From Bacteroidia bacterium (lineage in GTDB: Bacteria > Bacteroidota > Bacteroidia > UKL13-3), in NCBI GenBank assembly GCA_049243005.1, contig JBMLOK010000269.1, positions 2,713 to 54,208 on the forward strand: a stretch of 51,496 nt of DNA. Reading direction: 5' to 3'. Position 1 is the stretch's first letter; the number at the start of each line of letters is the position of its first letter. The translations under genes were made by a program, and so were the position numbers. The notes beneath the pieces were generated by a model that did no database searches, was not told the origin of the DNA, and saw only the letters and a list, made by a program, of their open reading frames with translations. Positions 17,042 to 27,014 of the stretch are shown piece after piece.

Positions 17042-19207
17042 CTAGTTTACCACATGCATTTCAGTTAATAAATGATTTGCTTTAGCAACCTTTTCCAAAA
17101 TCCAGCAAACATATCTGATATCAACAGCAACACTTCTCGAATAAGCTTCATTCCATGCGTAATCATTTATTGTGGCAGTATAAGCTCTATCAAAATTAAC
17201 TCCAACAAGATTACCATCAGCATCCATAACCGGGCTTCCACTATTACCACCTGTGGTATCTAAATTATATAGGAAGTTTACCGGCAAATCGTTTAAATCA
17301 GGATGCATATAAGAACCGAGATCATGCAATGCATATAAATCTTTAATAGCCTGAAGTAATTCATAATCCTTTCCATCTTCCTTTTCAATTACACCTGTTA
17401 ATGTTGTAAATGGTTTATTCCATTCGCCATCATTTGGGAAATATCCTTTAATATAACCATAAGTGAAACGTAAGGTAGCATTGGCATCAGGAATAAATTG
17501 AGTCTTATTGAACTCACTTTTTGCATCAACATATTTGGCTAAAAGTAAATTCAATTCACCTTCTCTTTTTCTATCTTGTTCATCATATTTATTCACCTCT
17601 TTATTCATTTCATGAGCGAATTTTATGATATCATCATTAAGTCCAAAAACGGCATCCGAACTATCAGCAAGAAACTCCATCATTAGAGTTGAATTTAGAA
17701 TTTTGGTTTTAGTAAAGAATTTTTCTATTGTCTTTAATCTAGCTTCATCAGTTTTATTCTTCTTATAAAAACCTATAACAGCATTTACTTCATTATCTGA
17801 ATTATGTTGTTTAGCATCTGCAAACATTTTTACCAAAAGTGGCTTTTCAATTGTTGGGTCCATTTGAGCAAATAAACGCTGATAAAGAGATTTCAAACGA
17901 GGTATTTGTTTTGATAAAAATGCAGCCTTTTCTTCTTTCCCTTTAATTTGATTGTAGGATGTTTTATAATTATCGACAGCAGCTGCAAACTGAAATGTTG
18001 GAGACAAATTATACAAATAATCATAGAACAAATTTCTCGGAGCAAATTTTATTATTTCATTATAGAGTTTATTTACTTTTGGTATAACATCACCATACTT
18101 ATTAAATAATTCCGGTTGAGATTCCAGAAATGTTTGCATTTTCTTTTCTTCGGCTTTTTTCTTTTCACTTAAACCAACTCTTCTAAAACCTTGTAATTTT
18201 CCTTCATAGTTTTTAGCAGTATTAGCCAAACTTTTAATTTTAGCCGAATATTTCAATTCCAGGAATTCATTGTTTTCGCCAAGTTTTTCCATGTAATTGA
18301 TTTCCCAATTAAACAAATCACTCACATACTTTAACATGTATTTCTCATGGTACTGATAAAAAGCAGCAGGTTGATTTCTAAAGGTTCTACCCGGATATCC
18401 AAGTATAAATACGAAATCATTTTCTTTAACACCTTTAGGATTTACCTTTAAATACTTCACTGGTTTAAAAGGAACATTTTCTTTGCTGTATTCTGCAGCA
18501 GAGCCATCTTTAGCAACATAGGCCCTTAAAAAAGCAAAATCACCGCTATGACGAGGCCAAACCCAATTGTCCTTTTCACCGCCATATTCGCCAATACTTC
18601 TTCCGGGTACATATACCAATCTTACATCTTTTAATAATTGATATCTGAATAAAACATAGGTTCTTCCTGTAAACATTTCAGAAATCTCACATTGCAATTT
18701 GGGATTGTTATTATTCTCTTCAGTTGTAATCGCTTTAATATTCTCTGCAATTATCTGTAAACGAACTATAGGGTCGCTAGTTTCCTGAGTTCTCATTAAA
18801 ACTTTTGAAGAAACATCTTCATAACTTACCGTGATTTTGCAAACCAGTCCTTTAGCAGGAGCTTCTTCTTCGCGTGATTTTGCTAGATACCCTTTATCTA
18901 CATATTTATTAATAGTATCACTAATGGCATGTACAAAGCTAAAAGCACAATGGTGATTGGTAACCAACAAACCATCTTCACTTACAAAAGAACCTGTACA
19001 ACCACCAACACGAACAATGGCATCAATCTGGCTAATTCCATTAGGATTGTAAAGTGAAATAGGATCCATTTTTAATCCTGCCTTTTTTAAATCCACTTGT
19101 TTTAATTCTGATAATGGAAACATTCCTTCATCCAATCTATCAGTTTTATTCGAACTGAATAAAATCCAAGAAAAGCTTAAAGCGAATAATAGTATTGTTT
19201 TCTTCAT
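17042..19207 (-). CDS. S46 family dipeptidyl-peptidase, DPP11-like by its specificity residue
   Basis: 721 aa with a signal peptide. The catalytic His context is GGCTGSFVSEDGLLVTNHHC and the catalytic Ser context is TGGNSGSPV (Ser656, codon at 17240-17242). Arg674 (aga, 17186-17188) lies 18 residues after the Ser, in FDR. Confidence 0.85.
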   Translation of the reverse strand: MKKTILLFALSFSWILFSSNKTDRLDEGMFPLSELKQVDLKKAGLKMDPISLYNPNGISQIDAIVRVGGCTGSFVSEDGLLVTNHHCAFSFVHAISDTINKYVDKGYLAKSREEEAPAKGLVCKITVSYEDVSSKVLMRTQETSDPIVRLQIIAENIKAITTEENNNNPKLQCEISEMFTGRTYVLFRYQLLKDVRLVYVPGRSIGEYGGEKDNWVWPRHSGDFAFLRAYVAKDGSAAEYSKENVPFKPVKYLKVNPKGVKENDFVFILGYPGRTFRNQPAAFYQYHEKYMLKYVSDLFNWEINYMEKLGENNEFLELKYSAKIKSLANTAKNYEGKLQGFRRVGLSEKKKAEEKKMQTFLESQPELFNKYGDVIPKVNKLYNEIIKFAPRNLFYDYLYNLSPTFQFAAAVDNYKTSYNQIKGKEEKAAFLSKQIPRLKSLYQRLFAQMDPTIEKPLLVKMFADAKQHNSDNEVNAVIGFYKKNKTDEARLKTIEKFFTKTKILNSTLMMEFLADSSDAVFGLNDDIIKFAHEMNKEVNKYDEQDRKREGELNLLLAKYVDAKSEFNKTQFIPDANATLRFTYGYIKGYFPNDGEWNKPFTTLTGVIEKEDGKDYELLQAIKDLYALHDLGSYMHPDLNDLPVNFLYNLDTTGGNSGSPVMDADGNLVGVNFDRAYTATINDYAWNEAYSRSVAVDIRYVCWILEKVAKANHLLTEMHVVN

Positions 19208-19360
19208 ATGGGGCGAATATAGTCTTTAAGTTATAGATAAATCAAACACAACAAATTCAATTATCAGATTATCAAATACATCTAAAATTTTAATTCCTGA
19301 AATTTATCATTTTATGCTTTTTAAATAGCACCTACTTTGCGAGTTCTAAAAACCACATTA

Positions 19361-21163
19361 ATGAATCCAAAACCATTAGCACATTCCTTTCATATACCAA
19401 TTATGGGTATTGGTTTTACAATTGATACGCCTTTTAAGGTTTCTCCATTTGGAATATCATCTTCAATTTCTTTGGTTGATGATATTCTAATAGAAAAAAT
19501 GAGAAAATTTTATTGTGAAAAATTTGATAAACCTTATCAAGCCATCACTAATAAAATGGATGATTTTAGAGCTAAAAGAATTACAGCCTATTTAAATCTA
19601 TTAGAAGATTTAATAGATGAGAAAATCACTAACATGAAAGAATCCTTTAATGAAGGTTCAAAAGAATTGGAGCAATATTTTAAAATGTTGCCAGATACTT
19701 CTCAACTTAAAAAGAACTTTCAAAACTATATTGATAATAAAGTATCTAAAAGTGAGATTATTAGTTGGTTGAATGAAAATCTTGTTAAAGGTAGTATTGA
19801 TGTAAACATTATGACTAAACTCGACAAAGAAAATTACAGTGGTGATGAAAAACTACCTGTTGAGTTTAATGATGCACATGCTGCTTTAAGAGGATTTGCA
19901 GAAAGTAAATTACATTCATCAATCATACTTTCAGCTGGAATGAATCCACGTTTATATAGCTACATGGATAAATTCGATGATTTTTTTCCAGGACAAGATG
20001 GTACATTAAAAAAGAAAATCATTCTAAAAACTAGTGATTATCGTTCTGCTTTAATTCAGGGTAAGTTCCTTGCTAAAAAAGGACTTTGGGTTTCTGAATT
20101 TAGAATTGAATCAGGATTAAATTGCGGTGGACATGCATTTGCAACTGATGGATTTTTAATGGGACCAATATTAGAGGAGTTTAAAAATCAAAGAGCCGAA
20201 TTAAAACAAAGTTTGTTTGAAATGTGGTCACCTGTTATGAAAGAAAAAGGAAATCCTCATTTTGAAATCGTTCCTGAACAAAGAATTACTGCACAAGGCG
20301 GAGTTGGAACTGCCGAAGAACATGAGTTTTTAATGGAACATTATGAATTAGACGGTATTGGTTGGGGAACCCCATTTTTATTGGTACCGGAAGCAACAAA
20401 TGTTGATCCAGAAACTTTAGATTTATTAGTGAATGCAAAGGAAAAAGACCTGTATTTAAGTAATACTTCCCCTTTAGGAGTTCCATTTAATAGTGTTTAC
20501 GGAAATTCAAAAGATGCTGAAAAGCAAGTTTGGATTGATAAAGGAAGACCGGGAAGTGCATGCCCTAAAAAATATGTGGCTTTAAATAAAGAAGTAAATG
20601 GAGAAGATCTTTGTACCGCTTCCAGAAAATTCCAGGATGCAAAAATCAAGGAATTAAATGCTGCTGAATTAGACGAAGCTGCATACCAAAAAGGATTGGA
20701 TAAAATTCTTGTAAAATCTTGTTTATGCGTAGGCTTAGGAACACCGGCATTGTTAGTGAATGGAATTGAAACAAAATCTGAAGGACCAGGAGTTAGTGTT
20801 TGTCCGGGACCAAATATGGCTTATTTCTCTGAGGTTTGTAAACTTGACAAAATGATTGACCATATTTATGGTAAAACCAATATTATCAAAAGAGATGACA
20901 GACCAAACGTATTTATTAAGGAATTAAGTTTATACATTGATTATTTAAGGAAGAAATCTGAAGAGGTTGAAATTCCATCAATGAATAAAAGTTTAACTTC
21001 ATTTAAAGCAAACTTAGAAGAAGGAATTCAATACTATAAAAACATGTTTAAAAACCAGGAAAACTATTTTGATAAAGTTAAGCAACAAAGTTTAGATGCA
21101 TTGAATTATTATTCAGAAGAGTTACATAAGATGTTTGAGCAAAAGGTTTTAGAACAAGCTTAA
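19361..21163 (+). CDS. Conserved hypothetical protein, possibly an FMN-dependent TIM-barrel enzyme (NMO/FabK/PfaD-like motifs)
   Basis: About 600 aa from the ATG at 19361 (the track start at 19337 is a TTG). IESGLNCGGHAF resembles the E.GGH motif, and AQGGVGTAEEHEFLMEHYELDGIGWGTPFLLVPEA resembles the AGG(I/V)..g.....l.lGA.GV..GT.F....E motif of nitronate monooxygenase-type barrels. No confident family assignment is possible. Confidence 0.5.
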   Translation: MNPKPLAHSFHIPIMGIGFTIDTPFKVSPFGISSSISLVDDILIEKMRKFYCEKFDKPYQAITNKMDDFRAKRITAYLNLLEDLIDEKITNMKESFNEGSKELEQYFKMLPDTSQLKKNFQNYIDNKVSKSEIISWLNENLVKGSIDVNIMTKLDKENYSGDEKLPVEFNDAHAALRGFAESKLHSSIILSAGMNPRLYSYMDKFDDFFPGQDGTLKKKIILKTSDYRSALIQGKFLAKKGLWVSEFRIESGLNCGGHAFATDGFLMGPILEEFKNQRAELKQSLFEMWSPVMKEKGNPHFEIVPEQRITAQGGVGTAEEHEFLMEHYELDGIGWGTPFLLVPEATNVDPETLDLLVNAKEKDLYLSNTSPLGVPFNSVYGNSKDAEKQVWIDKGRPGSACPKKYVALNKEVNGEDLCTASRKFQDAKIKELNAAELDEAAYQKGLDKILVKSCLCVGLGTPALLVNGIETKSEGPGVSVCPGPNMAYFSEVCKLDKMIDHIYGKTNIIKRDDRPNVFIKELSLYIDYLRKKSEEVEIPSMNKSLTSFKANLEEGIQYYKNMFKNQENYFDKVKQQSLDALNYYSEELHKMFEQKVLEQA

Positions 21164-21181
21164 ATAGTATATTACATAAAT

Positions 21182-21221
21182 AAAAAAAGCGCCGGATTCA
21201 ATATGAACCAGCGCTTTTTTT
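21182..21221. terminator. Bidirectional intrinsic terminator (weaker stem)
   Basis: aaaaaaagcgc(c)gg ... cc(a)gcgcttttttt forms a GC core of 4+2 bp with one mismatch, extended by A-run/T-run pairing. It lies between convergent genes ending at 21163 and 21230. Confidence 0.5.
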
Positions 21222-21229
21222 TGTTTATT

Positions 21230-22282
21230 CTATGAGCCTGAAGACTTCTTTAAAGTAAATCCAAAGGTGGTTCCTTGTCCTATTGTACTTCTAACATTTA
21301 CTGCTTGGTGATGTGCTTCAATAATATGTTTTACAATTGCCAAACCTAAGCCAGTTCCACCAGATTCTGATTCACGTGTACGACTTTTTTCAACCCTATA
21401 AAACCTTTCAAAAATCCTTGGTAAGTGTTCTTGAGCAATACCTTCTCCATTATCCCCTATTTCAATTAATAGATTTTCATCCATATCATAATAGCCAGCA
21501 GTAATTGTACCAGCTTCTCTTCCATATTTAATGGCATTTGTAACAAGATTAACCAAAACCTGTCGAATTCTATAACGATCAGCCTCTACATAAAATGGTT
21601 TATTACAACCATCTTTAATTAGAATTGAAATTGATCTCTTTTTAGCTTTTTCTTCCATTTGTTCGTAAACATCTTTTACTAACAAATTGATATCAAACCG
21701 CTCAATTTCCATTTCCAATTCACCACTTTCTAATTGAGATATTGCTAATAAATCAGCTACCAAATCGCTTAATCTATCTGCACTTTTTGCAGCTCTGTTT
21801 AAGAAACGAAGGTTTACTTCCGGGTCATCAATTGCGCCATCAATTAAAGTATGGATATAACCTTGAATATTAAAAATTGGTGTTTTTAATTCATGAGATA
21901 CGTTCCCTAAAAATTCCTTTCTAAAATCGGCTAATCTTTTTAGCTGATCGATTTCCATTTTGTTATCGCGAGCCCATTTAATTACCTCTTTACTCATTTC
22001 GGTAATAGGATCTCTATCCCAGTCAAAATTACTCAGAACCGCATCATATTTTTGAGTTTTTAAACTGTGAATGGTTTTATAAATCAGTTTAATTTTTCTG
22101 TAAATAAAATACTCTAAGGTATAAAAGAAAAGGAAAAACGACAATCCAAATGAAAGCGTAAAAATGATGACAGTATTGAGCAGATTGTAATCGCTCATAA
22201 AGAAATTAACCGACCCCAGAATTACCGAAAGCAAAGCTGAAATAAGGGTGGCTACCGTTATTGGCTTAGGGTTTCGGGTCAT
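21230..22282 (-). CDS. Sensor histidine kinase (two TM helices with a minimal external loop; HisKA + HATPase_c)
   Basis: 350 aa. The H-box is FLGNVSHELKTPI. N-box-like NLVTNAIKY, and G-boxes DNGEGI and GGTGLGLAIVKHI, are present. It overlaps the response-regulator gene by 4 nt. Confidence 0.85.
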   Translation of the reverse strand: MTRNPKPITVATLISALLSVILGSVNFFMSDYNLLNTVIIFTLSFGLSFFLFFYTLEYFIYRKIKLIYKTIHSLKTQKYDAVLSNFDWDRDPITEMSKEVIKWARDNKMEIDQLKRLADFRKEFLGNVSHELKTPIFNIQGYIHTLIDGAIDDPEVNLRFLNRAAKSADRLSDLVADLLAISQLESGELEMEIERFDINLLVKDVYEQMEEKAKKRSISILIKDGCNKPFYVEADRYRIRQVLVNLVTNAIKYGREAGTITAGYYDMDENLLIEIGDNGEGIAQEHLPRIFERFYRVEKSRTRESESGGTGLGLAIVKHIIEAHHQAVNVRSTIGQGTTFGFTLKKSSGS

Positions 22283-22956
22283 ATTTCAAATTTATATCCT
22301 ACGCCTTTAACAGTTCCTATATAATCATTACCAAGTTTTTCTCTGATTTTTCTAATATGAACATCAATTGTTCTATCAACCACTAGTACTTCATCACCCC
22401 AAACTTTTTCTAAAATAAAGTCTCTGGTAAAAACTTTACCTGGTTTACCGGCTAAAAGAAATAACAATTCAAATTCTTTTCTTGCTAGTTGAATTCTTTC
22501 ATCACCTCTATAAACCAAAAACGATTCTCTATCAATAATAATATCACCAACAACTAATCTTGTTGAAACTGTTTCTTTTACAATTCTTCTTAAAATTGCA
22601 TTTAAACGAGTTATTAGAACTTTTGGTTTAATCGGTTTTGAAATATAATCATCAGCTCCGGCATTAAATCCAGCAATTTCTGAATATTCCTCCGAACGAG
22701 CCGTTAAAAACACAACAAATGTTTTTGCAAAAGCAGGATCAGATTTTAATTGTTTGCAAGTTTCGATACCGTCCATTACAGGCATCATGACATCTAAAAG
22801 GATTAAATCCGGCTTGAAAGTTTTTGCAATTTCTATAGCACTAGCTCCATTAAAAGCTGTTGCAACCAAATAACCTTCTTTTTTTAGATTATAATCGATA
22901 AACTCAATGATATCAGACTCATCGTCTACAACTAAAATTTTATATTGACTTTCCAT
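22279..22956 (-). CDS. OmpR/PhoB-type response regulator
   Basis: 225 aa. The receiver domain has ILVVDDE...DLILLDVMMPVMDG...KP, and the winged-helix output has L..KEFELL..L...PG.VF.R..I...VWG...RTIDVHI..IR.KL...I.TV.GVGYKF. Confidence 0.9.
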   Translation of the reverse strand: MESQYKILVVDDESDIIEFIDYNLKKEGYLVATAFNGASAIEIAKTFKPDLILLDVMMPVMDGIETCKQLKSDPAFAKTFVVFLTARSEEYSEIAGFNAGADDYISKPIKPKVLITRLNAILRRIVKETVSTRLVVGDIIIDRESFLVYRGDERIQLARKEFELLFLLAGKPGKVFTRDFILEKVWGDEVLVVDRTIDVHIRKIREKLGNDYIGTVKGVGYKFEI

Positions 22957-23040
22957 GTTAGAAATTTTATGTAAGATTCGATGAGTTAAGTGATTTGAAA
23001 ATTAACTTAAGGTTAACAAAATGTTATGAGCGAAAATTCA

Positions 23041-24159
23041 TTAGAATCCAAATATCTCTTTTAGCTTATTCTCAAGGCTTTGTCCACGTAACCTTTTGGC
23101 AATAATCTTTCCATCTTTATCAACAAGCACTGTAAATGGTATTGATTCGATATTATAAAGTTTAACAACACTGCTATTCCACTTCAATAAATCTGAGCCA
23201 TGATTCCATAATAACTGGTCTTTGTTGATAGCTGCCATCCATGATTCTCTATTATCATCTAAACTTACACCAAAAACATCAAATCCTTTTGATTTGTATT
23301 TATTGTATAATCTAACAACATTAGGATTTTCATCTCTGCAAGGTTTACACCAACTTGCCCAAAAATCAACCAAAACAACTTTACCTTTTAATGAAGACAA
23401 GGTAATTTTTTTTCCAAAAGGGTCATTCAAGTTCATATCAGGAGCCATATTTCCATCAGCAGTTCTTCTCAATTCTTCCACTTTTTGATGTAATTGAGAT
23501 GCATATTTACTATTAGCAAATTCTTTATACAATTGCTGGTCAACCTGATCGAAAAATTGAAAATCTACTTCCGGTGTTAAAAAATTAGTTGCAAAATAAG
23601 GCACAATTGAATGAGTTAATTTACCTGCATAATTCTTTATGTTTAACTGATTAGCAATTCTTAAACTATCGTATTCAAATCGAATTCTTTCCTGGATTTT
23701 TAAAGGAGGAACACTTTCTCCGTATTGAGAGTATTTAGCCTCTAAAGCTTGTACGGATTTCATAAAGGAATTATTAATGGCAAACATGGTTTTTAATTCT
23801 TCATTTTCCTTTGAATTTTTTACAACATAATTCTGAATTGAATCAATATGAAATTCCAATTCAAGATCACTATTTGTGTCAATTACCATCACTAAATCAC
23901 CGGCATTTAATCTTAAAACACAGAATGTTTTTTCTTTTAAAGTACCAACTAATTCAAAAGTTCCATCATTTCTAACACTGGCAGTATCAATTGTAATTAA
24001 ACCTGTATTGGTTAATTCCTGTAGATTTAATGCCTGATTTCCTCTATTGTTTATGACTTTACCTCTAACTCTAAAACCCGTCCTTTCTGATTCTTTTTCT
24101 TTGCTACTGCAAGCCACAATCAGGCTCAATGCTATTAAACCAAGTAATAATTTTCTCAT
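23041..24159 (-). CDS. TlpA-family thiol:disulfide oxidoreductase lipoprotein (N-terminal DUF4369-like domain + thioredoxin fold)
   Basis: 372 aa. It has a lipoprotein signal (LIVACSS). The thioredoxin domain reads GKVVLVDFWASWCKPCRDENP (CxxC) ...IPFTVLVDKDGKIIAK. Confidence 0.8.
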   Translation of the reverse strand: MRKLLLGLIALSLIVACSSKEKESERTGFRVRGKVINNRGNQALNLQELTNTGLITIDTASVRNDGTFELVGTLKEKTFCVLRLNAGDLVMVIDTNSDLELEFHIDSIQNYVVKNSKENEELKTMFAINNSFMKSVQALEAKYSQYGESVPPLKIQERIRFEYDSLRIANQLNIKNYAGKLTHSIVPYFATNFLTPEVDFQFFDQVDQQLYKEFANSKYASQLHQKVEELRRTADGNMAPDMNLNDPFGKKITLSSLKGKVVLVDFWASWCKPCRDENPNVVRLYNKYKSKGFDVFGVSLDDNRESWMAAINKDQLLWNHGSDLLKWNSSVVKLYNIESIPFTVLVDKDGKIIAKRLRGQSLENKLKEIFGF

Positions 24160-24162
24160 AAC

Positions 24163-25629
24163 TTATTGTTTATCTAATGTTTCTTTTAATAGTTTACTAC
24201 TTAACTTCGGATCTGCTTTACCTTTACTGAATTTCATTACTTCTCCCATAAATAATCCAAGCAGACTTTGCTTACCCGCCTTGTATTCCGTTACTTTTTC
24301 CGGATATTTAGCTATTGCTTGATTAATCCAGTTTTGTAATTCATCAGAATCACTTTCCTGCAATAAATTTAATGATTCTGCGATTTGAAGCGGACTTTTA
24401 TGATGTTCATTAATCATAGCAGGGAACACCTTTTGAGAAGCTACACTATTGCTAATTTTACCTTCATCGATTAATGAAATTAACTCAGCAATTTTTGTTG
24501 GTTGTAAAACAAAATCCTTGATATCAATTGCCTGTTCATTTAAATAACCTTTAATAGCAACCATCACCCAATTTGCTGCAGCTTTAATATTAGAAGTGTT
24601 CTTTAATATTCCTTCAAAATACTCCGCAACATCTCTGCTTTCGGTTAATACACCTGCATCATAATCATTTAAAAGATATGTTTTTGTGAATCTTTCAAAC
24701 AATTCTTTAGGCAAAGCGGGCATTTGTGATTTTACTCCATTGATATACTCTGTAGTAATATTCAACGGTGGTAAATCTGGTTCAGGAAAATAACGATAAT
24801 CGGCTGCACCTTCTTTGCTTCTCATAGGAATTGTAATTCCTTTTAATGCATCAAATGCTCTTGTTTCCTGGTAAATCTTTTCACCATTTTCGATCATATC
24901 AACCTGACGTTTTATTTCAAAGTCGATTGCTCTTTGAACATTCCTCATTGAGTTCATGTTCTTCACTTCCACTTTTGTTCCAAATGCGGTAGTACCTTTT
25001 AGTCTAACAGAAATATTAGCATCACAACGAAGACTACCTTCTTCCATATTTCCATCACAAATCTCAAGGTATCTAACCAATTTTCTCATTTCGGTCAGGT
25101 AAAGATAAGCTTCTTCCCCACTAGCAATTTCCGGTTCAGTAACAATTTCAATTAAAGGAACACCGGCACGATTTAAATCAATTAATGAATCATAAACGTC
25201 CTGATCGTGCATACTTTTACCGGCATCTTCCTCCATATGGATTCTTGTTAATCCAATTTTCTTCTCGGTACCGTCTTTTCTTTTGATTTCAACATATCCA
25301 CCTGTACAAATTGGTGTCTTGTCTTGAGTTATCTGATATCCTTTAGGTAAATCAGCATAAAAGTAATTTTTACGCGCATAATACTGAAAACCTGCAATTT
25401 GACAAGAACAAGCCAATCCCATTTTGATGGCATTATTAACAACTTGCTTATTGTGTTTTGGCAAAGTTCCGGGATGTCCTAAACTAACAGGACTAACCAT
25501 TGTATTGGGTTCTGCCCCATAATCATAAGGGTCTTTACAGTATGCTTTACTTTTTGTAAGCATCTGAGCATGAACCTCTAAACCTATAACCGGCTCGTAT
25601 TTGCTGTAATCAATTTCCTTTTCTGACAT
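24163..25629 (-). CDS. gatB: Asp-tRNA(Asn)/Glu-tRNA(Gln) amidotransferase subunit B
   Basis: 488 aa. The canonical GatB N-terminus (YEPVIGLEVHAQL-like, SLGHPGTLP, NRAGVPLIEIVTEP) and the C-terminal GatB_Yqey domain (LLGLFMGEVMK.SKGKADP) are both present. Confidence 0.95.
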   Translation of the reverse strand: MSEKEIDYSKYEPVIGLEVHAQMLTKSKAYCKDPYDYGAEPNTMVSPVSLGHPGTLPKHNKQVVNNAIKMGLACSCQIAGFQYYARKNYFYADLPKGYQITQDKTPICTGGYVEIKRKDGTEKKIGLTRIHMEEDAGKSMHDQDVYDSLIDLNRAGVPLIEIVTEPEIASGEEAYLYLTEMRKLVRYLEICDGNMEEGSLRCDANISVRLKGTTAFGTKVEVKNMNSMRNVQRAIDFEIKRQVDMIENGEKIYQETRAFDALKGITIPMRSKEGAADYRYFPEPDLPPLNITTEYINGVKSQMPALPKELFERFTKTYLLNDYDAGVLTESRDVAEYFEGILKNTSNIKAAANWVMVAIKGYLNEQAIDIKDFVLQPTKIAELISLIDEGKISNSVASQKVFPAMINEHHKSPLQIAESLNLLQESDSDELQNWINQAIAKYPEKVTEYKAGKQSLLGLFMGEVMKFSKGKADPKLSSKLLKETLDKQ

Positions 25630-25649
25630 GTATTTTTAAAAAAGAGTTT

Positions 25650-25657
25650 CAAAAATA
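25650..25657 (-). promoter_or_regulatory. Bacteroidota-type -7 promoter box (minus strand)
   Basis: Plus-strand caaaaata equals minus-strand tatttttg. It lies 20 nt upstream of the gatB ATG at 25629. Confidence 0.45.
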
Positions 25658-25744
25658 CACAATTCCATTGAGCCAATAAGCATTTTTTTGCCAAAAAGCT
25701 GCCTAAATGCGATGTGAAATAAGTTTGAGCTTTAATAATTTAAA

Positions 25745-27004
25745 TTATGGGGTAATTGAATTGATTCTTCTGGCTCCAATTAGTTCATCGTAATTGAATT
25801 GCAAGTTTCTTGTATAAACCAAAATCAGGTATTCGTTTTCTGTTTGATAGTGATTACCTTCAATACTTGAATCGTCTGGTACTGAGTCCTCTCCAATAAT
25901 TGCATAAGCGTATTCATACCTTCCTTGTTTTAGAGGTACTTCCAAATCATACCTTTGACGGTTTCTATTGAAATACATTTTGTATTCAGGTAAACATCTC
26001 CAATCAGTAAATTCACCAATTACATAAACATCTTTATCAGAAGGAATTCCCATAAGTCCTGATAAATAAAATGAGGTATAAGCGTAATCTCCATCAATTT
26101 CGGAATTATTACCTTCTTTATTAAAAATAACCTGTTTGCCATTAAAATCAGCGTATTGAAAATACTGGTTTGATGCCCGGCTTTCATCTGTATTCAAAAG
26201 AACATGCCAAACAGTATCGGTTCGTTTACTGCGTACATTTTGACTAAACTGCCTTAAATTTCTGGTATCGAAAAAACGAAATTCATTTCCACCATTAAAC
26301 AGAGTTTTATCTACATATGAATAATCGAGTTTATTGTTACTTGCAAAAAGTGGAGTTAATCCAAAAAGTGCATTTTCCCAACGGTGATTTTGCATTAAAA
26401 CAACTTTTACATCTTGCAATGGATTTACAATTTGAGAAGGATTGAAGCCAACTGAAAATTGAATTTCTTGTTTGGTATAACGGTATTCAGCTAAAGTTGC
26501 AGGTTTGGCAGTTGCTTCAACTTCGGCCGAACGTTTAATCACCATAAACCTCCTTACCATCACCAAATCGTTTTCATCAAAATTACGAAACACCTTTAAA
26601 ATATAGTTTCCAGCCCAAATTGGTTTCATGTTTTCATTAGGAAAAACCAAGTTGTAGTGAACATATTTTACATAAGTATTCGTAGAAAATCTGAAATCAG
26701 TAATATTATCAAATTGCATGCCTTTTAGGTACTCAAATTGATTGAATTTAGATGTTTTCCAATCGGCATCACAATGAACAATTGTGTATTGATAGTTCTC
26801 TGCCTCAGCGCCTAACATATCAAAGCTTAACTTTAATTGTTCACCATCTAAACCTATAATTGGATATCTATCTTCAGTTCCATTTTTCATTAACTGAATG
26901 GAATGAGCTCTTTTATCAACTATTAAATTCGGATTATTTACTTGTGAAAAAGCAATAAAACCAAATGAAATAAGGAAAATACTTAATACGATAATTTTTT
27001 TCAT
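25745..27004 (-). CDS. DUF5103-like secreted protein (the family I recall being annotated as the T9SS plug protein)
   Basis: 419 aa with a signal peptide. YPIIGLDGEQLKLSFDMLGAEAENYQYTIVHCDADWKTS matches my memory of the DUF5103 N-terminal signature. The family and plug assignment are from memory only. Confidence 0.45.
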   Translation of the reverse strand: MKKIIVLSIFLISFGFIAFSQVNNPNLIVDKRAHSIQLMKNGTEDRYPIIGLDGEQLKLSFDMLGAEAENYQYTIVHCDADWKTSKFNQFEYLKGMQFDNITDFRFSTNTYVKYVHYNLVFPNENMKPIWAGNYILKVFRNFDENDLVMVRRFMVIKRSAEVEATAKPATLAEYRYTKQEIQFSVGFNPSQIVNPLQDVKVVLMQNHRWENALFGLTPLFASNNKLDYSYVDKTLFNGGNEFRFFDTRNLRQFSQNVRSKRTDTVWHVLLNTDESRASNQYFQYADFNGKQVIFNKEGNNSEIDGDYAYTSFYLSGLMGIPSDKDVYVIGEFTDWRCLPEYKMYFNRNRQRYDLEVPLKQGRYEYAYAIIGEDSVPDDSSIEGNHYQTENEYLILVYTRNLQFNYDELIGARRINSITP

Positions 27005-27014
27005 AGAATGTCAA

